From Pelagomonas calceolata (lineage: Eukaryota): a stretch of 64,000 bases of DNA. Positions 1-9,488 of the stretch are shown here, one piece after another; position 1 is the stretch's first letter, and each line of letters opens with the position of its first letter. The notes under the pieces are model-generated. The model saw only the letters and a program-made list of their open reading frames with translations, had not been told where the DNA came from and made no database searches. The position numbers were made by a program, and so were the translations under genes. Location of the stretch: the NCBI GenBank assembly GCA_918797485.1, contig CAKKNE010000004.1:4774001-4838000 (forward strand). Direction: 5' to 3'.

Positions 1-1658
1 GCGACGAGGCGCGAAAGGTGTCGCGGGACTTCGCGTGCGACCGCGTGGTTTTGCTAAGGGAGATGCGCTACTTCCGGAGTTATCTGGGAGGCGGCGACGC
101 GTGCGAGGACATCGACATATCCGTGCACTGCGACGTGCACATCTTCGAGTGGCTCGTGCAGTGGATCCACTCGCCGAACAAGCCGCCGCCGCTCGACGCG
201 TCGAGCGTCGTCTCGATTCTTATTAGCTCCGAGTTCCTCGAGATGGCGAACTTGGTGGAGCACTGCCTGAAGTTCATGGCGGCGCACGTCGGCGAAATCT
301 TGGAGATGCCCATCGACCTGGCCTGCGTCTCCGACGCGCTCGTCCAGCGCCTCGCGGCGCTGTGCCCCGCCGAGGTTTTGTGTGACTTGACGGACGCCAA
401 GGATAAGTTGCTGCCCAAGCTGTACAAGCGGCGCCTGGAGCTGGACTTTCGGCACTCCTCGAAGGCGAACAAGCGCGACATTTTGAAATGTCGCCACTGC
501 GACCGCCTCTACCCGGCCTGGGCCCAAACTAAATTATCCTGTGCGAAGGCGCCGCCGCGGATTGATAGGCGGGGGCACCTCTGCCTGCGCCACGAGCCTG
601 TTGAAGAAAGGTGGTCCCTCACGGAGTACGTCGGCGAGCTCCACGCGGCGGGCATGCCCTGGGAGGAGGTCTACTGGACCATGTGGGCCGCGACGCACAT
701 TTTCCGGTGCACGGCCTGCGACGAGTGGTTCGGCGCCGCGGATATGGAGAATTGCCGCCACCACCCGGGGCCGCAGGAATTTACAGATGACCATGCGCTC
801 CGGGGAAAATACGCGTGCTGCGGCGCGGAGTGCCTGCGCTTCGCGGCCGGCGCCGTCGCGAAGGGCTGCGCGGCGCGGCGGCACGCCGTCTCGTCCATCG
901 ACGGCTCGGCTTCACCGCAAACGCTGGCGCTGCTCGAGAAGCGCGACTGGGCCCGCACCGTTGAGCAAGAGGAGCCTGCAGAAAGGGCGTCGTCGTCCGA
1001 GCGCAGCCGCGCGCCGACGCCGGTGCCCGAGCCGCCCGAGCCCGCGCCCGTGGTCGTGCGGCCCCCGGAGCCCGCCGCGGAGCCCGCCGAGGAGCGGCCG
1101 GAGTCCCAGGAGCGGCCGGCGTCCCAGGAGAGAGCCGAGAAGCCCGAGGAGCCCAGGCTCGCGGCGAAGGTCGAGAAGAAGATCCGGAAGAAGGGCGCCG
1201 CCAAGAAGAAGCTCGCGAACGCCGTCAGGAAGGCTAACGGTGCGGTCAAGAAGAAGCTCGACCTCGCCGCGGCCGCCGCGAAGGCCCTCGAGGACGAGGC
1301 CGCGCGGAAGAAAGCGATGGCGGCGAAGGCGAAGGCCGCGGCGGAGCGCGCGCGGCGCCTCTTCTCGGTCTTCGGCGCGGCGCCGGACGGTGTGCATGCG
1401 CCGATGGACCACGAGCACCCGCTCGCGCGCGGCAAGGCCGCGAAACGGAGCGACGACGCCGCGGCGCTGTCGCCGCGGCGGCGCCGCGCCTACGAGATGG
1501 ACTGCGGCTGGCGCCTCGAGGACCAGGAGCGCATGGGCCAGCTGGCCCGGGCGTTGGTCGAGAGGCGGACGCCGCTCGCGGGCGCGCTCGCACGCGCGGA
1601 TCAGCAGGACGAGGAGGTCAAGGTCGAGAAGAAGGCCGAGGCGAAGCGGTGGCGGTAG
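1..1658 (+). CDS. SANBR/KIAA1841-like (DUF3342, BTB-like) protein, 5'-truncated by the window edge
   Basis: Motifs 'RDFxC...LLREMRYFRSYL', 'IDISVHCDVHIFEWL' and 'VVSILISSEFLEM', followed by a Cys/His-rich region and a low-complexity tail. No ATG at the ORF start. Confidence 0.75.
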   Translation, partial: DEARKVSRDFACDRVVLLREMRYFRSYLGGGDACEDIDISVHCDVHIFEWLVQWIHSPNKPPPLDASSVVSILISSEFLEMANLVEHCLKFMAAHVGEILEMPIDLACVSDALVQRLAALCPAEVLCDLTDAKDKLLPKLYKRRLELDFRHSSKANKRDILKCRHCDRLYPAWAQTKLSCAKAPPRIDRRGHLCLRHEPVEERWSLTEYVGELHAAGMPWEEVYWTMWAATHIFRCTACDEWFGAADMENCRHHPGPQEFTDDHALRGKYACCGAECLRFAAGAVAKGCAARRHAVSSIDGSASPQTLALLEKRDWARTVEQEEPAERASSSERSRAPTPVPEPPEPAPVVVRPPEPAAEPAEERPESQERPASQERAEKPEEPRLAAKVEKKIRKKGAAKKKLANAVRKANGAVKKKLDLAAAAAKALEDEAARKKAMAAKAKAAAERARRLFSVFGAAPDGVHAPMDHEHPLARGKAAKRSDDAAALSPRRRRAYEMDCGWRLEDQERMGQLARALVERRTPLAGALARADQQDEEVKVEKKAEAKRWR

Positions 1659-1698
1659 TAGTCCTGAGAGGTTATCTTAAGTTGTTCAAATGGTGACG

Positions 1699-1720
1699 CT
1701 AGCGGCCGGTAAGACACTAG
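1699..1720 (+). promoter_or_regulatory. CTAG-bounded intergenic motif, type A (CTAGCGGCCGGTAAGACACTAG)
   Basis: One of 13 copies; about 200 bp upstream of the ATG at 1919. Confidence 0.6.
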
Positions 1721-1918
1721 AACCGCCATGAAAAATTGCCAATTATTTGCTTAGAGCTAGGCCGCCTAGCCGCCACGACCTGTTGCTGCTTGTGCTCATG
1801 CCGTGCGTATGCTCGCGTGCTAGCACCGATGGGCAGTGAATACATGCCGTCGGGGCGCGATTGATGTCGGTTTGAGGCAGCCCCTCCATCAATAGCAACT
1901 TTTGGGCAGGTCTGAGGC

Positions 1919-3559
1919 ATGCGTACGGTGCTCGTCGCTGCGGCCCTCGCCCAGGCGCTGGACTACAGCGCCGTCCGATGGGGGCCCAGCCGCCAGCAGA
2001 AGAAGCGGGGCATCCCGCAGAACCACGGCTTCGCGGCGCTCAAGAAGGAGTTAGATAGGAGCCTGCGGGAGAAGTGGTTCAAGGGCCGCCGGCCGCAGAC
2101 GGCGGCGGGGGCCACGGAACTATTAAGGGAGGTGCTCGGCTCGCAGGTCCGCGACCAGCTGATCCTGATCCGGGGCGGGCGGCTCTTCACGACCCACAAT
2201 TTCACGCACAATACGAAGCACACCTACATGCTGCGGCTCCTGGCCGCGGTCCAGCGCGCCGGCGGGCCGCTGCCGGACGCGTGGCTCATGTACGAGAGCA
2301 GTTCGCGGGGCAAGTGCCACGACCTGGACGGCCTCGGCGGTCACGGTCGGCTCCTGCCGACGTTGGTGATCGCGAAGCTGGACGGCTACGGGCAGTGCGG
2401 TATACTGGTACCGAACCCCTACTTCGGCTTGGGGGATATAAACGACATGTGGCGCCTGCAGATTGAGGCCTTGATGGATGCGAACGAGACCACAAAAAAG
2501 CGCGACCCGCGCGTCTTCTGGCGCGGCGAGGTGGCGGCGCTCGCGGTGAAGCGGAAAGGCTACCCCTGCAAGAGCGAGCGGGGCAACCACGCGCGGCTCG
2601 CGGCGTTGGCGCTGACGGCCGACGACCCGTCGCACTTCGACGTCAAGTGCAATGTGGGTTGTGAGGCCCGGGACGCGGCCAAGTGGCCGTGCCCCGGGCT
2701 GGCTTACGACGCGACGATGCGGAAAATTTATGCTGATAATTCATCGATCAGGGACCCGAAGTTCTACACCGAGCCGGACTACGCGAACTACAAGTACGTC
2801 CTGAACCTCCCGGGCAAGACGGACGGGTCGTACAGCCGCAACCTCAACCACCTCTGGTACGTCGGCGCCGCGGTATTACTGTGGGACACGCCCTCAGTGG
2901 AGTGGTATTATCCAGCGCTGAAGCACGGCGCGACGCACGCCGCGGTCAATCGCACGACGGCCCGGGCCGTCGTCGCGGCGCTCGACGCGTCCCCCGAAAA
3001 GTACGCTCGTCTCCTGGCGGGCGCGCGGCGCGTCCAGCGGGAGCTGACGTCCCCGGAGGCGATCGCGCGGTACGTGCGGCACGTCGTCGACGCGCTCCGC
3101 CGCGCGCAAGCGCAGCATCTGATAAAATGGGGCGACGTCCTCGCGGGGGAGAACTGCTCCGACTTCGTCGAGGTCACCGTGGACGGCGCGCCCGCGCACG
3201 CGCGCCACCTCTGGTTCTACCAGAACGCCAGCGACGTCGCAAATACGTCGGCGCGCGTCGGCATGCACTACACAACCAACGTCTACGCGCCCGTGGCCTC
3301 GTGCGCGGCGATGGTAGGAGCGGCCGTCAAGACGCGCGACACGTCATCGCACGGAGCGAGTGTGCGCACGGACAACCCCGAGGCCGTCGGCGCGAGCGTC
3401 GGCGCGGCAGCGTCGACGTCGCCGGCCCAGGCCGCGCGCTCGTTCGAGTCGATGTACGCGCCGAAGTCGTCGTCCGCGACGGCCCCGGGTTCCTCGTCAA
3501 GCTGCGACCGGTGGCCGCGGCCCTACCACTGCATGACCTCTTCTAGTGGGATAAATTAG
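1919..3559 (+). CDS. Secreted/Golgi glycosyltransferase family 90 (CAP10-like)
   Basis: Signal peptide; 'VFWRG', 'YKYVLNLPG..SYSRNLNHL' and 'EWYYPALK..TH' match the GT90/CAP10 pattern. Confidence 0.75.
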   Translation: MRTVLVAAALAQALDYSAVRWGPSRQQKKRGIPQNHGFAALKKELDRSLREKWFKGRRPQTAAGATELLREVLGSQVRDQLILIRGGRLFTTHNFTHNTKHTYMLRLLAAVQRAGGPLPDAWLMYESSSRGKCHDLDGLGGHGRLLPTLVIAKLDGYGQCGILVPNPYFGLGDINDMWRLQIEALMDANETTKKRDPRVFWRGEVAALAVKRKGYPCKSERGNHARLAALALTADDPSHFDVKCNVGCEARDAAKWPCPGLAYDATMRKIYADNSSIRDPKFYTEPDYANYKYVLNLPGKTDGSYSRNLNHLWYVGAAVLLWDTPSVEWYYPALKHGATHAAVNRTTARAVVAALDASPEKYARLLAGARRVQRELTSPEAIARYVRHVVDALRRAQAQHLIKWGDVLAGENCSDFVEVTVDGAPAHARHLWFYQNASDVANTSARVGMHYTTNVYAPVASCAAMVGAAVKTRDTSSHGASVRTDNPEAVGASVGAAASTSPAQAARSFESMYAPKSSSATAPGSSSSCDRWPRPYHCMTSSSGIN

Positions 3560-3571
3560 TATGTGAATGAA

Positions 3572-4651
3572 TTAATGCCGCGGTCGCGTCGCGAACTGGT
3601 CGATGCGGTCCACGAGCTCCGCGAAGGACGGGCGGTCCTCGGGGCGCCGCTGGTTCGCGAGGCGCATCAGCTCCCCCAGCAACTCGCGCTCGGGCCCGCT
3701 CGTCGCGCGGTCGTGGATGAACGGGAGTAACCATGGACGGTTCGCCACGTCGAAGACGTGTGTCTTCTCCGACAAGAGCAAGCACGCTCCATCGAGGCAC
3801 GTCCCGCGGCTCTCGGGCGCGCCGACGGCGCCCGTCTCGCACGGGGTGTGGATGCCGGGCTCGCCGCGGCAGCTCAAGTTTTCCTTGAAGGCCGGGCAAT
3901 CCGTATCCTTGCGGCACGCTCGGGCGGTGTTGTTGAGCACCCGAGGCACCGAGCGGCGACCCACACCCTTGAGCGGCCACCGACGCAGCGCGGCTTTACC
4001 TAGCGGCGACTCCGTGAGCCGTTTCGGGCCGTCGACCATGCAAACCGTCCCGTCAGCATCATCCATCGCGAACTGCTGCGCCTTGAAGTCGTCCAATATG
4101 TATCCGCGCGACGCCCAGGCACCAAAGCACTCTAGAATTGCCTTCGCCAGCTCCAGCGGTCTCTTCCGCGCGCGCTTGTCGAACGCGCGCGACATGAGCG
4201 GGGGCTTGTCCCGAGACGTCTTCCCGATCGGCGGCCCGCAGTCGCCCACCACGAAGCTCACGTGCCGCGCGTCGTCCGAGAACCAGGCGCCGTGCAGGGG
4301 GACGATGCCCGGCTCGCCGCGCAGCGCCTCCAAATAAATCATCTCCTCCCAGAGCACGTCGCCGCCGTAGTCGCCCTGCGCCGCGTGGCGGCCCTTCCCC
4401 TTGACGATGACGGGCGCGCCCCGCATGCTGCCGCGGTACACCGTCTTGGCCTTGCTCGAGATTTTTTCCCAGAGTTGGACGTCGCTCTTCCGTCGAACGG
4501 TCCAGGCGACCGGCGTCGTGCGATTCGTCGGCGCGGCGAACCAGTCGTCGATCGCCTTGGCGCGACGTAGTAATGCGTTGTCGTCAAGCCGCATGGCCAG
4601 TCGACTCTTGGCCGCGACGAGGAGAGGTGCTATGGCGTACAGCAGCCGCAT
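3572..4651 (-). CDS. Secreted protein-kinase-like protein (PKDCC/VLK-like)
   Basis: Signal peptide; KTVYR, VIVK, alphaC Glu (EMIYLE), catalytic loop 'DDFKAQQF', 'VDGP', a Cys-rich insert, 'EKTHVFD' and 'RPSFAEL'. Confidence 0.65.
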   Translation of the reverse strand: MRLLYAIAPLLVAAKSRLAMRLDDNALLRRAKAIDDWFAAPTNRTTPVAWTVRRKSDVQLWEKISSKAKTVYRGSMRGAPVIVKGKGRHAAQGDYGGDVLWEEMIYLEALRGEPGIVPLHGAWFSDDARHVSFVVGDCGPPIGKTSRDKPPLMSRAFDKRARKRPLELAKAILECFGAWASRGYILDDFKAQQFAMDDADGTVCMVDGPKRLTESPLGKAALRRWPLKGVGRRSVPRVLNNTARACRKDTDCPAFKENLSCRGEPGIHTPCETGAVGAPESRGTCLDGACLLLSEKTHVFDVANRPWLLPFIHDRATSGPERELLGELMRLANQRRPEDRPSFAELVDRIDQFATRPRH

Positions 4652-4802
4652 GGTGCCTGGCTGCCCCTTTGCTTTTAGCTGCCCGTTATGCCGCAGCGAT
4701 GGATCGGCACCAATTACACAACGCCTGCATTTCTTTACGGCGTCGCGTGCGCAGTGTGCGGTGTCATTCAGGCACGCCGACTCGAGCTCAAAGAGAGCGA
4801 TG

Positions 4803-4824
4803 CTAGAGTCTTACAGGCCGCTAG
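4803..4824 (-). promoter_or_regulatory. CTAG-bounded motif, type A (reverse complement CTAGCGGCCTGTAAGACTCTAG)
   Basis: Lies in the divergent gap between the ATGs at 4651(-) and 5073(+). Confidence 0.6.
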
Positions 4825-5072
4825 CTCTCCGCGTCGCCTCGCGTGTAGCGGCTAGCTGCGCATTTTGCACGCGAGACACAGCACTCGTCTATACACCAAT
4901 GATAGATTGATATAATAATGATGCAGCACCACTCATGTGTTCGGCGTTACTATCGCGGCGACATCAATTTCACACGCGGACTTGAGGCAATTATCGGTCT
5001 TGCTTGCGCCGCCGCCACACGCAGCGAAACTAGCCAGGGGCAGGGCAGGGCAATAAGTTCAGGAGATTTACG

Positions 5073-6908
5073 ATGGCCGAAAGCACGATGACGCGCGCGG
5101 CGCCGGGCGACGGCGAGGCCGCGGGCGCGCTCCTCGCGACGAAAGAGCTCGTCAAGCCCGAGAAGCCCGGTAGTAGCATCAAGGGCATCCTGGCCGGCGC
5201 CGCCGCGGCTTCGTTCGCTCTCGGGCTGCTCGCGGCCGTGACGCCGTCGACGCGCCAGGCTCCCGTCGGACTCGCAGGAGATCGTTGGTCCCTGACCGTC
5301 GAGGGCGGCCTCGGAAGCGTGGACCCGAACTACGTCAGCTTCGTCGTCGACCCGGCGAGCCTCGAGGTCGTCAAGAAGTACCCGAGCTACCCGTACCCCG
5401 TCGACTTCACTAGTCCGGCGCTCAAGGCCCTCGTGAAGGAGCTGGCGCCGGCGCTGTTCGTTATTACGGGAGGCAACAGCAACTGCATCTCGTACGCCGA
5501 CGGCTTCGACCCCGGCTCGTCTCCGAAGTCATCAGCTGACAACTACTTGTCGACCTACTGCGAGGGTAAGACGTACTACGGCAATCTGGAGCCGGCGCTG
5601 TTCAAGACTTTGTTAGATTTCGCGGCGGACACGGGGACTGACCTCGTGTGGCACCTGAACATGGCCTTTGGCCGCGGGCACTCGTCGGCCGCGTACGAGC
5701 CCTGGGACGCCAACGACGCGAAGGGGCTCCTCGAAGCCGCGGGCTCGGCGCTGAAGGGAGCGATGCTCTTCGAGGAATTGCCGGAGAAGGGGAAGAAGGT
5801 CGAGAGCTGTGTGGAAATCAACCAGTGAGTTGGGCCGCCATCGAGCAGACGCAGCTACGGAGAAAATATCGCGTCGATGGCGTGGGGCGCCCGAACTTTG
5901 ATTTCCACACAGGTAGGGTTCGACATCACGCCCGAGCAGATGGCAAACGACCTCGCCATCATGAAGGCCGCGCTCCCGTCCAAGAAGACGCTCGTCTACG
6001 GCGTCCTGAACCAGGACTCGGACCAGGACAAGACGACGGTTACCGACCCGATTTACCAGGCAAGCAAGGACTCTATAGATGTCGTCGCCTTCTCGTACTA
6101 CATGAACAACGCCTGGAGACGCGCGCCTGAAAATCACGGCTCGTACAGCGGCTCCGGCAGGTGCAAATTTGACCCGAAGCAAACGGCGGCGTTCATGGTG
6201 GAACCGGCGCACCGCGCGACGCTCGACACGACATCCAAGCACTTCGTCGAGCTAGGCGAGTCGTTAGGCAAACCCGTGCAGCTCATCGCCGGGGCGCCCT
6301 GCACGCACAACAAGGAGGGCACGGGCTACGGAGCCGTCGACGCGCACGTCGGGGCCTTGTGGTACGCCGACGCGCTCGGCCGCGTCGCCAAGCAAGGCGT
6401 CCGCGTCTTCGCGCGCCAGACCCTCGTCGGCGCCGTCTACGGCCTCCTCGGCACGACCACACACAAGCACAAGCTCGCCCCGACGCCCGGGTACTGGGTC
6501 GCGGTCCTCCACAAGCGGCTGATGGGGCCGTCGGTCCTCGGCGTGACCGCGCGCGGTCCCGAAGGCTTCTCTGCCTACGCCCACTGCTCCAAAGGCGCGT
6601 CGGGCTACACCCTGCTTCTCGTGAACTTCGACGGCGACAACGTCACCTTGACGCTCCCCTCGCACGGCACGCGCGCGGAGTACGTGCTGACGTCGCCCGA
6701 CGGGCTGACGACCGGCTCGACGCTAGCGAACCCGCATCCCGGAAGGACGGTGCTCAACGGCGGCGCCGTCCTGGCAGTCTCCAAAAAAGGCGAGCTGCCC
6801 GCGCTCGACGGGCGGTCGGTCGACGGCTCGACGAAGCTCACGGTGCCCGCGGAAGCGATTGCCTTCGTCGTCATGGAGGAGATCGCGGACGGTATCAGCG
6901 GGTGCTGA
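5073..6908 (+). CDS. Heparanase/GH79-like type II membrane protein; exons 5073-5798 and 5913-6908
   Basis: N-terminal TM segment; GH79 C-terminal signature 'WYADALG...VFARQTLVG..YGLL...PTPGYWVAVLHKRLMGPSVL'. Removing the phase-0 intron 5799-5912 joins the two ORFs in frame (GKK|VGF). Confidence 0.8.
5799..5912 (+). mobile_element. Introner intron, family A (TIR CTGTGTGGAAATCAA...TTGATTTCCACACAG)
   Basis: 15-bp TIRs at 5807 and 5898-5912; GT donor 8 bp upstream of the TIR; TSD degenerate. Confidence 0.85.
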
Positions 6909-7148
6909 ACCCCGCACAAAACTAGGGTGAACATTATCTCGTATATGACTAATCACCTTCTAGATGTACGAGACAATTCCCAGATTCGCCTCGATCGACG
7001 CGTCGAGTGCTACTAGTAGTCGACCGCTGTGCACAGTGGCTATGTCACGTGCTATGTCTCCCGAGCGGCCTTGCCGACTCCGAGTCGGAGACTCCAGAGG
7101 CACTACGTCGACTGGCTCGCAGTTCCCACCTGAGACGAGGCAGACTAA

Positions 7149-8024
7149 TTATCGCTTCTGCAGGCCCGCGCAGCTCGGCGCGAGCGCCGTCCAGCCACCG
7201 GGCGCGTGGGCCACGGCGCAGCGGTCGACGAGTGCCGGGCGCCCGAGGGCTGCGAGCGCCGCGGCGCGCGTGGCGTTGGTCCAGGGGTTCGCGACCTCGC
7301 CCGCGCGGACGGGAGGCCGGCGCGCGGCGCGCGCGGCGTCCGTGGCGCGCGCGCGCGACACGCCGTCGGCGACGGCCTCGCCGTCCGCGGCGACGAAGGC
7401 CGCGAGGGTGTCGTAGGCGGCGGCCGCGCGCGAGGCGCCGCCGCCGCGCCAGTCGACGAGGTCCTCGAAGCAGACGACGACGTGCGGCAATTCGCAAAGG
7501 CGCGCGTAGTCGCGCGCGTGCCAGCGGGCCGTGTCGCGCGCCATGCGCACGGCGAAGGCGTCGAAGTCCGCCTGGAGATTTTTTGACACCCAGTCCTTCT
7601 CCCGCACGCGGCCGACGTGCCGTTCGCCGCGCCCGTAGAGCCTGGCTACGGTCTTGCGCTGGTACTCGGCCCAGATGGCGTCGAGGGGCCGGCGCACGAC
7701 CACCAGGGCCGCCCCGAAGCGCGGCCAAGGGCACGGCAGCGAGCCGTTGCGGAAGAGGCGCGTGAAGGCGAAGCCCTTCGGGTGAGCCTTGATGGTCGTC
7801 TGGTTCGCGGCGCAGCGCGCCTCGCCAGGCAGCACGGCCATGAGGGACTTGTCGTGGTAGACGCTGCCACTCTGCCCGCCGAGCGCGGCGTCAAGGAAGA
7901 GCCGCGTCATCGTGGAGCCCGAGCCGGGCACCGTCCAGAGCACCGGCGGCGTGGCGAAGCGCCGTCGCAGCGGCTGCGCCGCGGCGCAGGCTACCAGTGC
8001 GACTGCGGCTGCGCACCGGGCCAT
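7149..8024 (-). CDS. Secreted sulfotransferase (WSCD-like, P-loop type)
   Basis: Signal peptide; 5'-PSB-like 'TVPGSGSTMTR', 'TIKAHP', 3'-PB-like 'VVVRRPLDAIWAEY' and 'VCFEDLV'. Confidence 0.75.
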   Translation of the reverse strand: MARCAAAVALVACAAAQPLRRRFATPPVLWTVPGSGSTMTRLFLDAALGGQSGSVYHDKSLMAVLPGEARCAANQTTIKAHPKGFAFTRLFRNGSLPCPWPRFGAALVVVRRPLDAIWAEYQRKTVARLYGRGERHVGRVREKDWVSKNLQADFDAFAVRMARDTARWHARDYARLCELPHVVVCFEDLVDWRGGGASRAAAAYDTLAAFVAADGEAVADGVSRARATDAARAARRPPVRAGEVANPWTNATRAAALAALGRPALVDRCAVAHAPGGWTALAPSCAGLQKR

Positions 8025-8248
8025 GCAGTCATCGCGCGCGGCCGTACTGGCGCGCCGTGTGCGCCAAAAATTGCTCGATCATCATGTGGTGCTTGATGAA
8101 ATGGAAAATATTTCATTTGGGAAAAGCTAACTTTTCCTGTCCTTTTTTATGATGTATATACATATACATACGAGTGTGTTGTGTTATAAACTGGTTTACA
8201 AAGTAGCGTCGATAAATCGGCTGCCCTTCGATGGGCCACCGATAACGC

Positions 8249-9262
8249 ATGCATCGGCTCGCGCCGCTGCTCGCGGCCGCCGTGGCGGCCCGGCGGCCGG
8301 TGGCGGAGCGCCTCTTCGTGGCCGTCGAGGTCGAGGCCGCGGCGCTTGAGGCCTGCGCGGGCGGCGGCTGCCGCGCGGCCGGATTAGTGGAGGCGCAGTG
8401 CGATACCTGGGTGCGGGGCCTCAAAGCGGTGGCCTTCTTCGGCGACGAGCGAGACGCGGCGCTGCCCGCGGCCTGCGCCGGCCGGGCGTATCGGCCGTGC
8501 GCCGAGGCGAACTTGGGGGGGGACCTCTCGTCCGCGCAGCTCAAGCGCGAGCACCTCCACCTGCAGCTGCTCGGCGCGGCGCCCGCCGACGCCGACTGGT
8601 TCGTCACCACGGAGCAGGACGTCTGGTGGCACGCGGCGCGGCTCCACGCGTACCTCGAGGCCATCGAACACAAGTTCCCGGACGCGCACGCGGCGCCCTT
8701 CTTCGCCGGCGGCTACGAGGGCCCCTTCCTGGTCATGAACCGGCGCTTCGTCGAGGCGGTCGTGGGCAACGCGACCTTCGTGGACCGGTGCCGCGCGGCG
8801 CTCCTCGAGTTCCTGGCGCAGCCCCACGTCCACCCTCACAAGGGCGACAAGGGCGACACGGGGGGTAAGCGGCGCCTCGGCGGTCGCGCGAAATGCCACC
8901 GCGCCGACGGCTCGTCCTGCGCGGCCGAGGCCCCCTACAACAACGACCTGCTCGTGCGCTGGTGCGCGCAGCGCTCCGGCGCGCGCGACGCCAACCCGGA
9001 GTGCCCGCGCAAGTGCCGCCAGGCCTTCGCGGCCCTCGAGCTGCCCTGCGCACCCGGCGCGGGCGGCGCCCTCGCGCTCTACAACAACGGCCACCACGGC
9101 GCGGCGCCCTACCCGGCGTCGGACTACGCCGGGCCCCTGCCGGGAAACCTCCTCGCGTTCCACCGCGTCGACGCGCGCGGCGCGCGCGCGCTCGAGAACC
9201 GGAGCCGCGCGGCCGCGCCCGGGCCGGCGCCCGCGGCCGCGTGCCGCGTCTACCGGCCCTGA
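8249..9262 (+). CDS. Secreted Fringe/GT31-like glycosyltransferase (divergent)
   Basis: Signal peptide; 'ADWFVTTEQDVWW' resembles W-F-x-x-x-DDD; 'NDLLVRWC' and 'LLAFH' resemble the GT31 xED and His motifs. Confidence 0.5.
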   Translation: MHRLAPLLAAAVAARRPVAERLFVAVEVEAAALEACAGGGCRAAGLVEAQCDTWVRGLKAVAFFGDERDAALPAACAGRAYRPCAEANLGGDLSSAQLKREHLHLQLLGAAPADADWFVTTEQDVWWHAARLHAYLEAIEHKFPDAHAAPFFAGGYEGPFLVMNRRFVEAVVGNATFVDRCRAALLEFLAQPHVHPHKGDKGDTGGKRRLGGRAKCHRADGSSCAAEAPYNNDLLVRWCAQRSGARDANPECPRKCRQAFAALELPCAPGAGGALALYNNGHHGAAPYPASDYAGPLPGNLLAFHRVDARGARALENRSRAAAPGPAPAAACRVYRP

Positions 9263-9466
9263 GCGCCGCGGCCCCGGGGTGCCTATGAATGCGTTGATGT
9301 GTAAAAAAAAAAAAAAAGGGTCGGACCGCGGCGTCGCGACTGCCGCTGTATCCAAGCGTTTCGCGGAGACGGTCGGCGGCGTCGCGGTGCCGTCCGCGAC
9401 ATCGATAACAGTAACATCGGCGAGTTCCGTCGGCGACGACTCGGCCAGGGAGTCGCGCCGCGTAGG

Positions 9467-9488
9467 CTAGCGGTCTGTAAGACACTAG
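9467..9488 (+). promoter_or_regulatory. CTAG-bounded motif, type A (CTAGCGGTCTGTAAGACACTAG)
   Basis: About 180 bp upstream of the ATG at 9669; the segmental duplication begins inside it. Confidence 0.6.
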
